A DNA stretch of 64,000 nt from Balanoglossus misakiensis. Taxonomy: Eukaryota > Animalia > Hemichordata. Location: assembly GCA_040954595.2 (NCBI GenBank), contig CM082583.2, positions 11,297,656-11,361,655 on the forward strand, written 5' to 3'. The translations under genes were made by a program, and so were the position numbers. Of the stretch, positions 30,501-45,000 are shown one piece after another (position 1 is the first letter of the stretch; every line of letters starts with the position of its first letter). Under the pieces are notes generated by a model. The model had not been told where the DNA came from. It did no database searches and worked only from the letters and a program-made list of their open reading frames with translations.

Positions 30501-33500
30501 ATACAGAAAATTGCCACTGGAATTCAGAGTTCTCAAACTCGAAGAGGACATGCTCATCTAAAAATACAAAGGATGACGTGAGGTGTATCGTGTTCACCCC
30601 AAGTTTCAACAAATGAGCATGCGAGACTGGGTGATATGATTTCCAGGTTCGCAGAGACGGAAATTACAAACAGAGATGCCAGACTGCATGGTGTGTGCCC
30701 GAAGCACAATAAAAATCATCAATTCTACATACAGCCTCAGTACTTATACCAGCAATGACTCATTGCCTGTGTTTGAGTTTCAAATCCGAGTGCTCTAACA
30801 AAGCAATTTCTGTCAGAGAGTGTTCTTCGCTTTAATTGCCTTGGCTGGATATCGCCTCTGAAAAATGTTTCCTGTCATCAAGATACTTCAATATTTATAG
30901 TCCTATTGTTGCAAGAGATCACAGCAGGTGTATAGGGCGTGGCAGGTTATAACTATAATTTAATACTCAGAGTATGTTGGAAAAAAATTCGCTCCTATCC
31001 TAGTAAAATTACCTTTCATTTTAATTGAAGTGAAAAGAAAAACCTGGAATACAATTTGCACCCTTTGATTTAAAACTTTGAATTATTATATACAGACTGT
31101 ATAAATATACTGTCGTGGACAACCAGACTATTTAAATGAGAAGTCTTTCCCTTTGCTGATTTATAGTTGACATGTGTAATAAGTCATGTGAGGTAAGACT
31201 TGCAAATGAGTTGAGTAATCGAATTATTCCCCAGTCCTTGTGTAATGACAGTCTTGTATATACCAGTAGTATATCACTTGTCTAGCTCCCTATTCTCTCT
31301 ACAAAGTTTGTGACAATATTGTGGGGCCCTTGGAGATGTCTGTCATCCTCATGTTACAGTTACCAAGCAAAAATGTCTACGGCTGGATTCCCTAATATTC
31401 AGTCTTTTGTGAATTTATACACGGTAGTGAGGGTTACGCATTCATTCTCACAGACAAATTCTTTGTTGGAGAGCTCACTGTACCTTATGTTGCAGCGTGC
31501 AGAATGCTGCTGTAACTCTATGGCTCAGTGGCTTTACCGTGACCTGATCACATGCATGTTGGTTTATTTTTGGTCTGGTCCAAATATAAACTGTGAAATC
31601 TGAGATGAACATTGAAATTGAGAGTATCCGCCACAGTGAAAGCGCAAGGTAGCTGGTTGGTTTAGCAGACTACCAGCTCTTAGTCAAATGGTGGCCATTG
31701 ACTTTAATTATCATGACATGACCATATACTTGACCATGAAGAATGAGTAAAGAATGCAAGGAATTTAAGGTTGTCTCACTTTCCTATTAAAAATCTATTT
31801 CCCCAAAGTGAATAATACTCAAACTGTACCCGCTATGTTCTCCTCCATCCTGTGGCATCTTGAACAGATGTGTCGATATCCGGCATGGTACATGGAAAAT
31901 ACAACACCTGTTGTTAAAACAGTTTGAGTGCAGTCCACTTGTGCACCTTGTCAAAGTGACAACTAAGCCCTAATGCTGATCAAGATTTTACACTTTCTTT
32001 TCTAAAATTCTTTTCTCTTGATATACACTAGTGGTGAAAGTGGTGCTGGCAAAACAGTGGCTGCCAAGTACATCATGGCTTACATTGCCAAAGTGTCTGG
32101 TGGAGGGCAAAGAGTACAGCATGTCAAAGACATCATCATCCAATCAAATCCTCTGTTAGAAGCCTTCGGCAATGCCAAGACTGTCCGAAATAACAACTCG
32201 AGTAGATTTGTAAGTACATTTGCAAAACAATAATGCTGAGAAAATAGCCCAAAGTTGGAGTCACTGGGGCTCCAGCACCCTAGTATTTGTTTTAATACAT
32301 TTAGGTCTACCACTCTGTTAAACATTTCTAGTCTTTCCAAGTGCTCAGAATAAATATGTTTTGTCTGCACTATATCATACACTAACTGCATGGACCTTGG
32401 AACCTATTTTGCAATATTTTATTGACACACTCTGTAAAAAACATGTCCCATGTCTGTCAGCTACATGTATATAAATCATATATTTTATGTATAATGTACA
32501 ATTACTAAAATTGAAATGTCATTTCTGAAGTGAAAGTCAGAAAGAGATATTGAAATACTCACAAATTATATTTGGGATTTTCATGAACTGAAATAATATA
32601 TAAAAATCAAACTTTTATTGATAATGAATGCACTTATACTCATTTTGAATGTGAGATTGTTGTCCGGGTGATGACCTTATGACCTTGAGTATTTACATTT
32701 CCACATGAGTGTTTTCATTCTAGGGAAGTTGATGAGATATTTTAGAGGAAAGGAATACTAAATTTTATACGTGTGCTTATTTCTCTATAAATAACCTACA
32801 ATATCTGATGATACTCAATAATATTGGGACTGAAACCAAATAAATTCTATATTTTAAAAAAATCCTTTTTTATACACAATTTTATGAAATACAGGGAAAG
32901 TACATGGAAATTCAGTTCAGCCGAGGAGGTGAACCAGACGGCGGGAAAATTTCAAACTTTTTACTGGAGAAGTCACGAGTTGTCAGTCAAAACCAAGGCG
33001 AGAGGAATTTCCATATATTTTATCAGCTCTTGGCCGGTGCTTCAGCAGAACAAAAAGGTGAGGTTGTGAAAATGTCACAACAGTATTGGACCCCTTTATT
33101 GTATTTGATGGCGTGGATGAGTTCATTGTATGGGGAACAGATTGACAAAGTTCACACAGGATAAAAGCTAAGCATTTAGGAAGAAAACCATTCCTCAGTG
33201 TAAACATATACAAGTATTTAGTTTCTATGCGGAAGTGACTGGCGTTTTTTATGTCCCGCTATTTGTATGCTGTGTCATAAATCAGGTGAAGTAATTTGTC
33301 TACTCTGTGTGACCTTATTTTTGTGTCTTATATGATACGGCCATTTCAGCCAATTTTTTATTTTTTTTTGGGGGGGGGGGCAAGGAATGTGTGTAAAAGA
33401 AGAGTTCAAGTGTTTCCAATGGATTCACAGATGTACATACAATTTCAAAATCCCCGGTTATTAACATCCTTACCGTTTCAGCATTTCACATAACCATGGT

Positions 33501-34711
33501 TACTAGTACGGTAACCATGACATAACTGATGTGTTTTGTGACTTCTATCCTGTTTCACTGTTAGGATTAAACTTACCAACACACATTGACCAACTTATTC
33601 GTAAGTGTCTTATCTTTCCATCTGTCAACATCTTCCCCCCCCCCCCCCCCCTCCACCTATGCATCTCAACACACACATGTACAAGTCATTTATTCTGCAT
33701 TGGTCTGTCTGTCTGCCTGTCTATCTGTCTCTTGGTATATCGGCATGGCTTTCTCTCAATAAGGCTGCCATGAAACAAAATTTAATGCATGGTAGACTGA
33801 TATTGTATGAATTTCCTGGTATTTTTGTGTTGCTGCAGCATGCAAGGCTGATTGTCATGAATGACGGTATTTGCTCCAGAATTGCTTGATATTGTGGGTG
33901 TAAAACCTGAAATTTCAACTGTAAGAAGAGACAGTTTTCATGTTCTGTTGTTGCATTCAAGCATATTTAGATGACAGATCTTTGTGAAGTCGCCCTTTGG
34001 GTAAAATTTTTAGACTCTGTCAGAATTTTACACCCAGTTGTCAAAGTCTGTTTCATGGCCCCTTCGAGAATTAAGACCCCAATATTGCTGTCACCTTGTA
34101 TGTGAATTTATGAGTACAAATGTACACTGTACACTATTCCTTGCACGAACTGGCAATTTCAAAGATGTTCTAGACACATTTCTCTTTGGGACTGCAAAAT
34201 ATTGAGGTGTCTTCATTGCATTGCATGACCACACAAATGCACAAAAAATTCAAAAGCTGGCATGATTTTGCAGCTTTGGTGCATTGATGCATTTTGCTAT
34301 ATTTCTTTGCCTGCTGTGGGTTTGGCTTGGCCCTTACTACCATCTCCATGACGACATAAGTCACAATTTGCAGTGGCCAGGTATTTGTCTTCATGAAATG
34401 CTATCTTCATATCACATATAAGCTACTGGAAGATTACATAGTGTGATTGTATATGCAAACTAATTTACATTTGGCTTGTGTTGATTTCAGAGGGATTTGG
34501 ACTGACAGACCCTAGCTATTATTATTACCTAAATCAAAGTGGTGTTTACAAAGTGGACGATATGAATGATAAGAAAGAGTTCATGGACACTGTGGTAAGT
34601 GAACTTTGACCTCTAAGATACACGTAAGCGCAGATAAAATTGTTGTAAAATGATGACCAAGCAGTGTTAATTGTTCCAAAACTTTTAGAAACCCAGGAAT
34701 TTATTTTAATC

Positions 34712-34761
<50 letters not shown>

Positions 34762-37700
34762 AAGCAATGAAAAGTAAAATGCCGTACTGTTTGTGAGTCT
34801 GGTACTCCTCACCAGTAGGCCACAATGTTCCCCCCCCCCCCAAAACCTGGTCTTTCCTTGAATTAATGTCATCTCTTCTTTGCAGAACGCAATGGGTGTC
34901 ATTGGAATCTCAGATGATGATCAAGCCAGCGTAATGTTGTGCGTGGCAGCCGTTTTGCACCTTGGTAATATCAGTTTTCAGGAAGACGGCAACTATGCTC
35001 AAGTAGAAAATGAAGAATGTAAGTGCAGGAAAACCGTTTTGTGTTAAGCATAGCATTATTCAGGCTGACGTGGCCAGTAGTATTCTGTGAACCTCAAACA
35101 GCCTGACCATGTTTCACTTCAAACACCATCTCTCTAGTTCTACAGTATCCTGCCTACTTGTTTGGCATTGACCAAGAACTTCTGAAGACCAAGTTGACCA
35201 GCCGGGTGATGGACAGCAAATGGGGAGGCAAATCGGAGATCATCAACATGAGGCTGAACACGGAACAGGCTGCCTACACACGGGATGCTCTGGCCAAAGC
35301 AATCCATTCCAGGATATTTGACTTCCTGGTGGAGGTATGGCGATTTGTTTATGTTGATAATGTTAATCCGAGATTTGTGTACAGAGAAATGTGAGAGAAA
35401 AGTTAGTATGTTCCTCACTCTTGCATATATTGCAACAAGTGAACTGGTCACCAGGATACTGTGAATTTTCCCTCGCTTTCCAGGCCATCAACCAAGCCAT
35501 GCAGAAAGACCATGAAGAGTTCAACATTGGAGTTCTGGACATCTATGGATTTGAGATTTTCCAGAGGAATGGCTTTGAACAGTTCTGCATCAATTTTGTC
35601 AACGAGAAATTACAGCAGATATTTATCGAGTTGACCCTGAAGGCTGAACAGGCAAGTGTCATCAAATGATGCAAGATAAGGAATGGTGGCTGTAACTCTT
35701 GGCTGTATCAGTGGTATTTATGTTCTGTGTGTCGACAACAGATATTTTCGTGAACTCCTTATATTTTATCAAATGTATGATTTATCATTATAAAATCAAT
35801 CAGATTTTTATTTTGTGAGAAATACTTTTTAATTTCAGGAAGAGTACATCAGTGAAGGTATCAAGTGGAAGCCTATTGAGTATTTCAACAATAAAGTAGT
35901 CTGTGACCTGATAGAGAGCAAGGTATTGTCAAATCAAATCAAAATCAAATCAAATAATTAATAAGTATGAGGAATGTTTGTTTTCAAGCACTAGCATTTG
36001 AGTTTTCATTCATACCCCATATTAAAAAGCAATATGTTGAATTAATCGCACATTGTCGCCATTTTCCAGAATCCTGTTGGTATTATGTGTGTACTGGATG
36101 ATGTGTGTGCCACACTGCATACAGTGACCGAGGGAGCAGATGGAAAGTTTCTACAGGTATGGAAAACTATACAGTCACATATCACCTAAGGGTTGTTTGA
36201 TCATGGCTCTTTCAAAAAACCAGAACAAAGCAGACGGCTTCACTTTATGTGAGAACTGTATTGCGTCATAACACCTTTCTTATCTCTGTTGCAGAAACTA
36301 AGTGGAGCTGTTGGAACTCATCAGCATTATCAAGGAGCTAATGAAGGTTTCATCGTTCATCACTATGCTGGCAAGGTATGCTGGGACAGGAAATGACATC
36401 ACACTGCCTCGTGAATATGCATACTGGTACATTTTATCTGAAAGTTCTTTATGTATGCATTGTATTACATTAATATTGATATAAATAAAAGCATTTTTGT
36501 TGTTTTCCAGGTGTCTTACGATGTAGATGGATTCTGTGATAGAAACCGAGATGTCCTCTTCAGTGATTTGATTCAATTAATGCAGTCCAGTGACACGTGA
36601 GTATTATTGTAAAGTTTTCACCACCATCATAAGAAGTGCAGATCTGTAAATGATAATTTGTTAGAAGTATATGATACTTATAATTTTTTTTTTGAAATCA
36701 TGCTGCATTGATGTATTTGTTTTAAATGTTCTAATTTTTTGCCCACAGTGAATTTGTACAGAATTTATTCCCCGAGAATGTCACAGGCCACCAGAAAGGT
36801 CGGCCAAGTACTGCCAGCAACAAAATCAAGGTACTATTTAATCTTGTTGGTTAAAGCACTGACCCAATCTGATTGAAAACTCTCAGATATCAAGCTTCTT
36901 TAAGTACAATGTATCTTATTATGTCAAATGAGAGAATTCCTTGGCCACGGAATTGTCCAGTAGTGACTATGAAAATTCCCGTCAGTCATCATTTAAGCTA
37001 GCCAAACGAGTGGTGGATAGGTGTATTGATGATTTATTTTGTGTTTGTTTCAACAAAGACACAAGCAAACAAGCTGGTTACAAAACTGATGAAATGTACA
37101 CCTCATTACATCCGCTGTATCAAACCAAACGAAACGAAGAGACCTCATGATTGGGAAGAAAAAAGGTAATTTTAAGTGAAAAGTCTGGGTTTCTTAAATA
37201 CTATTTCATGGGCTGGTCAAGCAATGTAAATCAGTAAATCATGTATTAATCAGATCTTTATTATGTTGCACTTCAAAATCAGAGTTTTGCATCAAGTGGA
37301 ATATCTGGGCTTGAAAGAAAACATCCGTGTGCGTCGTGCAGGTTTTGCTTACAGAAGAGACTTTAACAAGTTCCTCAAGAGGTAGGTCAAAGGTCGTTGA
37401 ATTTCTCCCCACCCTCATTTCCCCTCATTTATTGTCAGTCATGTCATGTCAGTTTTTAGAAGCTCTGAAATGAAACAAAAATACTACATATCTTTTAAAA
37501 TTCTTTGTGTAGATATGCCATTGTGACTCCCGAGACATGGCCCAATTGGCGTGGTGACGTGAGATCTGGAATAAAACACATCATGGATGCTGTACATATG
37601 GAACGAGACCAGTGGCAGCTGGGTAAAACCAAAATTTTCATCAAAGCTCCAGAATCGGTAAGTACAGGTGGCTAATGTCCCTGCACTGTAGCAAAATGGT

Positions 37701-40442
37701 TACTATAGATGTGTTTCCACTGTATAGTCTGATGGCGCCACTAACATAGGTTTGAATTTAGTATTTTCATTACAAAGTATTGAATAATTCCAACTGTTTT
37801 CTGTGTGAATTAACTACCATTTAAAGAAAGAATGTCTCTTTAATAAAGCTTCTATATCTGTTGATTTTGAACACCAGTTATTTCTGCTGGAAGAGCACAG
37901 AGAGAGGAAGTATGACACTTATGCCAGAGTCATTCAGAAAGCATTCCGTCAACACAACGCTGATAAGTACTATCTGAGACTTAAACAACAAGGTAAATAC
38001 TTTCCAACTTCTTCATATTATTCTATCAACGATTTTAGAATGAATAGTTTGTAATAGACTGAAGTATATCTGTCATATATGACTCGGGTTGGTTCAGACT
38101 GCAGATCATTACAATACCTTTACATATACTTTTGATCCCAAGTGAAAATTTTCCAACTTTTCTTGGTTTCTCTTTCCAGCATCAGACATCCTTCTCCACC
38201 AAAAGGAACGCCGGCGATACAGTCTTAATCGTAACTTTGTCGGTGACTACATCGGCTTGGATGATAACCCCGGCCTGCGAGCACTGATCGGACGACGAGA
38301 AAGAGTTGAATTTGCAGACACTGTCAATAAATATGACAGAAGATTCAAAGTAAGGCTTCAGAACAATTTAAGAGTTGATCTCAATTGTATGAAGTTCTGA
38401 AATTCAAAAGGGTTGGCATTGTCAAGTTTTTGCTTACTATGTTCACTCCTTTTGGTATGGAATTTTTATCATTTAACAAAATTATAGCAACATAAATTTT
38501 GCAATTTTCAAAACGATCCCCTTGTTCTCAAAAAAGGTGACGAAGAGGGATCTGATGGTGACTGGGAAGTTTGTATATCTTGTCGGTCGGGAAATCGTCA
38601 AAAAGGGACCTGAGAAAGGACAGATGAAAGAGGTTGTGAAGAGGCAGATAGAACTCGCAAGGATTGAATCGGTGGTAATGAGGTAAATGTGATCATGAAA
38701 ATACAGACAAACCAGTGGTCTGATGATTCTATTGTATTAGGACAGTCACCCCTCTGGATATATCTATTCCACCAGTCAGTTATTGTATACCTTGCCTTCT
38801 TGTACTGTGTCACCCAATGTTGTTTTAGCTCGATCCACCATTTTTGAAATCTTAGACTTTTTTTTAACCAATGTATGTCTGATTGCAGCACACTACAGGA
38901 CGACCTGTTTGTTCTCAACGTGGCCAATGACTATGCAAGTCTCATGGAATCAGTCTTCAAAACAGAGCTGGTCACTGTGCTGTCGAAGAAGTATGAGGCG
39001 GCACTGGGCAGAAAACTACAAGTCAATTTTACTAATGCGTAAGTATATGATTCCACTGATCCATAAACCATACATGTACTTGTGCTGATAAAATGTTTAA
39101 GCCTTTATGTCAGAAAATCAGGCCAGAGAAGTTTTAGTTCTCTGAACTATAGATTTCCAGTCGAATCTGTGTGTGTTACGGTTCGTGTACTTAGTCTCTT
39201 AAAAATGCTATTCTTTCTTTTCTTAAGAATGGAGTTTGCAGTGAAGAAAGAGGGCTGGGGAGGAGGTGGGACCAGGCAGGTGAAATTCACAGCTGGCACT
39301 GGAGACCAAGCAATCATGAGAGCCAGTGGCAAAGTCTTACATGTATCCATAGGAACCGGATTACCACGTGATTCCAGTAAGTAGCAAATGAACACATAAT
39401 ATATCTCTGCTAAACAACAAAGATATATTAGTTAGTGTTTGTGTGGTAATGGCCGAGTCTTATTTACTGATTTGACGAGACTTCTTCATCGATTTCACAA
39501 CAGGGCCAGGTTTGAGGCAAGTGGCATCCAAAGGTGGAGCTCGCAACGGGGTGGCAGCCAGCAACAAACCAACCGGCAGGAGACGCCCAGCGGGACCCGC
39601 CCCGGCCATTCCAACGCAGACCAACACCCCAGGCAGGTCGCCATGGGGATCGCGGGGCGGCAAGGGTAAGAGCCTGAAGAGGCAGCAGAGCGTGGAGCAC
39701 CCGTCCTTGCCCAGAGATGGCGCTCAGAAATTAGCCAAACAGATCAATCGGACGGCTAGTCAAGACTTCATGAACATTCCTGAAGCTGGGATGTCTGGGT
39801 AAGTGAACTTTGACCCTGAATGAATTTTTTCACTCAGTTTTTGGTTCACATGTGTAGGTATAAACATATATACTGCTTAGTTTGTTCATTATCGGTTGAT
39901 CTCTTAATACATGATAGGTTCTGTAAAGTGCAGCACTCATTACACAGCGAGAGACCATGATACACTCTCATGTAACTTAATAAAACCCTTTGTTATAATC
40001 ATCTACAGTGTACAAAGGAAGTCAATGAGACCAGGTCAAAGGAAGCCAGCACCAGCTGGAGGCAAACCCAGACCAAAACCCAAACCACAGCCCAAGTTAC
40101 CCCAGGCTAGAGCACTATGGGATTATGATCCGAACGACACTGATGAACTACTTGTCCATGCGGGTGATATCATTGAAATTGTTAAAGAAGGTGGGTTCAC
40201 TCAGTTGAGCATTCCGACTATACTGTTATATTAGACCAACCAGGTATTCGATTATGATCAATCCAAAATTATTGTGTAAATTTTATAGTAGTTCTATCTA
40301 TCTTGTTACCTGTTTTGTGCAGCTGGGCAAATTCTGATCAAACATCTCATCTCTTCATGTTTCAGATCCTTCTGGATGGTGGAGAGGAAAACTCAAAGGC
40401 CGTGAAGGCTTATTTCCTTCAAATTACGTGGAGAAGATATAA
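27592..40442 (+). CDS. MYO1E: Long-tailed class I myosin (MYO1E/MYO1F co-orthologue): motor, IQ, TH1, TH2 and SH3 domains, more than 25 exons
   Basis: ATG-only first coding exon (27592-27594, donor GTAAGC), then [20 protein letters not shown] (28945-29070). P-loop GESGAGKT, switch I NNNSSRFGK, switch II DIYGFE, TH1 [19 protein letters not shown], and SH3 ARALWDYD...[22 protein letters not shown] followed by the stop. Confidence 0.96.
28143..28226. repeat. (GAAT)21 microsatellite in myosin intron 1
   Basis: Pure tetranucleotide run read directly from the sequence. Confidence 0.98.
29071..29504 (+). other. U12-type GT-AG intron in myosin IE (WIY|TYIG junction)
   Basis: Donor GTATCCTTT; branch-like TTTCCCTGAC about 16 nt before the end of the intron. 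Confidence 0.85.
34713..34758. repeat. (AC)23 microsatellite, intronic
   Basis: Pure dinucleotide run read directly from the sequence. Confidence 0.97.
35652..35838 (+). other. GC-AG intron in myosin IE (LKAEQ|EEY junction)
   Basis: The donor CAG|GCAAGT is required to join the conserved LTLKAEQ to [10 protein letters not shown]. Confidence 0.88.
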
Positions 40443-42133
40443 AACAAACTAACAAATCAGCCAGGGACCTTACCATGGCAACAACTCCAAGAGTCGTGAC
40501 GTACAAAACTGGCCTTACAAACCTAGCTGGAATGTTGGTGCCTTGTTTTCACTTTCTGATATTAAAAAAATTGGTAATATTTTGTAACCAACGTCAAGAT
40601 CTTCAGCTTGAATTGCAGGTGAACTTGAGTGTTCAAAAAAAACAAGAAAGTACAAAGAACCTTTGTATATTACAACTATCATAAGTGGTGTACTCCCAGA
40701 ACCTTGATCAGTAAAAACTTCCGAAAAGGTGTCTTGGTGCCTGAGTAGTCCTCCAAGATGTCAGTTTAGCTACTTCACCTTGGTACAAGGTCAAAACTTT
40801 TGGTGTCAGAATTTTAACTTTCTTGGCATCCTGGTATCCTTTTTGTGTTTGACAGAACACTTATTCTTTCAAGAAAGTCTGTTCTTTTGTGAAATCGTGA
40901 TTTCATATTATTACTTATGACTAATGCAAATGATGCAGACTAGCTACTATTTGTAACTTTTGTACCGGAATTATGCAAATCATGAGAAATAATTACACTG
41001 TGTAATGAGATGATTTACTACAAAACTAAAGCTTTATTACTTATTTTGTAGTAAGTTTACAGGCTATGCAAGTATGGTTGACTCAGTCTTTTGGTGTTAT
41101 AATGTAGATATGAAATGAGTGTGTAGCTAATCTCTTTTTTTTTTTTTTGAACGGTGATGGGAAATGTAGCAAATGGTGAACTAGCAATATTTCATTTATA
41201 TGTGTCTCCAGCAGCTGTGTTTTTAGGTCCCATTTTGGTATTATATATATATATACCAGTGGGACCTTATGGGATCGGTTGCGTCTGTATGTATGTATGG
41301 ATGGATGTATGGATATACCGTATGCATTTTCACTGATTTCCATCGTAACTCATTATGCAATGTCTTTAATCATAAAGGATATATTTTTGTGATTTTGCAA
41401 GTGACGTTAGCAACATTACAGGCATTTTAAAAAAGAGTTTTAGTAGTTTGATTGTGAAGACAGTATCAGTGAAATTAGAGAAGCCCAAAGAGGGTACATC
41501 AGGACAATAAAAATACCTAGATGGTAAAGGTCATATACAAGTAAGCGCAAAAAGCATGTTTTGTTTTGTACTATAAGACTGCATCTTTACCACTAATGTG
41601 ACAGGCAAGTGTGACATTTTTTAGCAGAAATTATTCATGAAAGTATATTTTTAATTTTCATCATATCCTGGAATATTCAGATTTACTATATAATTTTTAT
41701 TTTGCTAACCCAGATTTCATGTAGACTGATCTTTACCGGTCACTGTTGTCTAAAATATTGATTATTCTGTATATCTTAGAAAAGTTACCCGGTGTCTTCT
41801 GTTACTGTTTTTTCGTTAATCAAGTGAATATGTACTGATATTGCCATACAGGGCAGTATAACCAGAATTTTGTGTAATCGGAATATATGGTATATAAAAT
41901 GTGCGAAATAAAGTCCTATTTACAAGAGTAGAGTGTGCACAAATAGACATTTATTTGAAAGACCAAGAAGTCTCATAAAATATTACATATTCAGATTCAG
42001 GGTAAAGAAATAAAACTACTGTAAATCCATAGCAGTTCAAATGTCACCAAAAGTGATTGTTTGACATAAATATTCCAACAGCTTTCAATCCATGGATGGG
42101 CATTGCAATTGAAGACTGCCCCACAGTTCAAAT

Positions 42134-44303
42134 TCATTGATTGCTGTTGATTGTTTCAGATGTTCCAGCCACTGCTGCTGTTTCGTTGGGTTTCAGGCCC
42201 CCTTCCGGTGCAGTGGAAATGTTCACAGATGTGCCAGCGTTTTCTTGATTTTCTTCAGGGGGTGTGGGAAGTGTCTTTCCACTCAAAATATCCTCTGATA
42301 AAAAAAGTAAAATGGTGATGTTAACATGTGTTCATAAGAAACCTTCCAGACTAACACAACATGCAATTCATTTTGGAAAGTTTTCAGAGTGTGAAGCCAT
42401 TGATAAATTTGCGATCACTTACCTATCTTACATAAGTACACATCTTTGTAATAGTTTTGGCACTGCATGGTTTCTTGGCTGAAGTCTGAGGAACCGCCAA
42501 ACATGACAAGATGGTCGCCGATCACTGTGGTTGTGTGCACTCCGCGAGCCGGGGGAAGGCAGCCTGTCTGTGTTGGTTGAAACCATTCTTTGGTTTCTGG
42601 AAAGAAAGAAAAAATGTGGTTTGATTAATTAAGCACTCTCTCCAGGGTCACCAATGAAAAGGATTCATTGACCACTCAGAGACTCTACAGGTTCAGGTTT
42701 AGAACCTTACTTACCTGTGTCAAAGATGTGAAAGTCACTGAAATGTTTATTGTCTTGACTGCGACCTCCGATAACGACAACCCGATTACCAACTCCGCTC
42801 GCTGTGTGAAATGAACGTGGTTCTGGCTGCCTACCAGCGAAACCAGTCGCTTGGATCCATTTCATGGACACTGATTTGGGGGCAAAACAATAATGATTCT
42901 ATGTCAGACTAAAACTGTTACATTTTTTTAATAATAATCATTTGTCATTTTGTTACTTTGACATCACGTTCATAGTCCAGCACCCACAAATCACCATGAC
43001 CTCTCATGTACTTTTCAAAACATTGCTGTCATTAACAGCAAAGAACAGTCAAATTGGCCGAAGTTGATGGCTTGCTTGATCAACCCTGTACACACACACA
43101 ATGACATATATATCCTCTCAAGATTTACCTGTATCTAGAACATAGAGGTCATTTCTCCTGCACTGTGTGTCCCTACCACCAAATATAACAATATTTTGGC
43201 CAACTACACACATGCCGTGTGCTGCCCTTGGTGTTGGTGAATAGATCTTAATTGGTTGTGGGTTCTCCCACCTGTTGGTTTCTGTTGAGGAAACAAATAG
43301 CAAACAATGGTTATGATTACTGGTTCAACTGTTAATTCAGGATCGTATCAGAGACTAATAAAAAAACTTCCATGGTTCCCCATCATACCTGTATCATACA
43401 CAAACAAATCGTCAAACCATCCAAAGTCTGCTGCTGCCTGTGGACCTTGGTCTTGGACCATATCATCATCTTCATCGCTATCATAGTCTTCATCGTCTTG
43501 TGACCCCAAAACATCCTCCTGTCCTTTGTGTGGACCAAATCCGCCAAATATGTAAATCTTTGTTCCCATGACGACCGATGCTACCTTGTCACGAGGACTT
43601 GGTGCTGGCCCTGTGGCTGAATCGATTTCTGACCATGTTGATGTTGCTATGGAAACAGTAAAAAGGATAAATTTTATCTATTCTCACAGGCATTGAAAAT
43701 TACAGCTTAAAAATCATGATAGTCATCAAAAGATGGTCACCTACCAAGGTCATACACATGAAAGTCATCAAACCAACCAACATCTCTACTCAGTCCACCG
43801 AATAGATATAACTTGTTGCCAATGGATACCATCGTCGCGCCTGCTCTTGGGCTTGGGATTTGACCTTTGACTTCGGCTTTGCTCCATGTCCGAGAATCTG
43901 GGAAGCAAATGGATCATTAATTATGCGAGAAAAACAAACTTTAAGCAGAAATCAGACAATATACATATAGTCCCCATCCAGTGAAGGAAATATGGACGAA
44001 AGCGCTGGTACTGTCAATGTCACTGCACTGATACTTTTGGCGAAGTTTTGGTTACAAGACAAATATCAACGACGAACACTTACCCAAATCTAATACCAAC
44101 AGATCGTTTGATTCAACAATTTCGCTCCCACCGGTGGACACAACTCCGCCAAATACGAACAGTCTTTTCTCCACACCGCAAGCAGTGTGGCCGTCCCTGG
44201 CTGGGAACGGGTTTGTGTTTTCGCCCTTCGACCATTCAACTTTTCCATCATTGTTCAGACGTTGTCCGTACTTGATATTTTGCACCGATGATTCGTTTCC
44301 CAT
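42134..44303 (-). CDS. Kelch-repeat beta-propeller protein (RABEPK/KLHDC-like), 7 exons, 424 aa, with a candidate N-myristoylation start
   Basis: Exons 44303-44084, 43897-43745, 43646-43389, 43281-43129, 42870-42715, 42596-42423 and 42294-42134 total 1275 nt. Six repeats of P..R..H.......hhhFGG......D...D.....W. An acidic loop sits in blade 3. The protein starts MGNESS. Confidence 0.9.
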
Positions 44304-44374
44304 TTTTAATAACTAAGAAGTTAAAATCGTTCACGCGATCGGATATACGTGGGCCAACTTCGCTGGCGTACAAA

Positions 44375-44410
44375 TTTCGCGGGAAAACAACGCATTCACA
44401 GTTTGGCGCG
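44375..44410. promoter_or_regulatory. E2F-type sites upstream of the kelch gene
   Basis: TTTCGCGGGAAA (44375-44386) and TTTGGCGCG (44402-44410) lie 70-110 nt upstream of the ATG. Confidence 0.4.
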
Positions 44411-44487
44411 TATGTGACATCATTGGGTCAAAGTTTATGAACTTTGACACATTACTGATTTCGTCGCTTGGAGGCGACGCGACGTTC

Positions 44488-44760
44488 ACTTTTCCCTAAT
44501 GACATTCATGGAAATTTACATGATTTATTCCAATTTACCAATTAATTTATAAACTGTGATTACAATATTTTTTTACCCAATTCCGGCTACGATATTTCCC
44601 ACTTGAATAAGTTATTATAAAATATATAAATGTCGACAGTTAAAATCACTACAGAAATGAAATTAAAAGGAACTTAATCATGAAACAAACAGTTTTCATA
44701 ACCGTTGGTAGATTTCAGTCTGAGGCAAATATAATCCAATTTGTTTCCCCCTGATTTTAT
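44488..44760 (+). repeat. Left copy of a ~270-bp diverged inverted repeat
   Basis: CTAATGACATTCATGGAAATTTACATGATTTATTC..ATTTACCAATTAATTTATAAACTGT is the reverse complement of about 47046-47107. Similarity continues through GAATAAGTTA.ATAAAATATA.AAATGT.GACAGTTAAA and AATTTGTTTCCC. Confidence 0.88.
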
Positions 44761-44869
44761 GTATTCTTTTCTCGTCTCGCAAGATATGAGATGAATTATG
44801 AGACTTTCCAACACTGAGGAAGGGACTCATATTTTATACGATTTACACTTTTAATAAAAAGCCGTTTTG

Positions 44870-45000
44870 GCGTTGGTGGCGCGCGGCCACGGTACGAGCG
44901 CGAGCAATCAATTATGTATGCAAATCGCTACAAATTCCTGTGACGTCACTTTACTAAATCTAATGGCGGATGTAAACGTCGCGTACTAGAACGTGTATCC
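44870..45000 (+). promoter_or_regulatory. CpG-rich putative promoter of a downstream gene (octamer, CRE and YY1-like motifs)
   Basis: ATGCAAAT at about 44918, TGACGTCA at 44941 and AATGGCGG at about 44962, in locally CpG-rich sequence. Confidence 0.5.
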
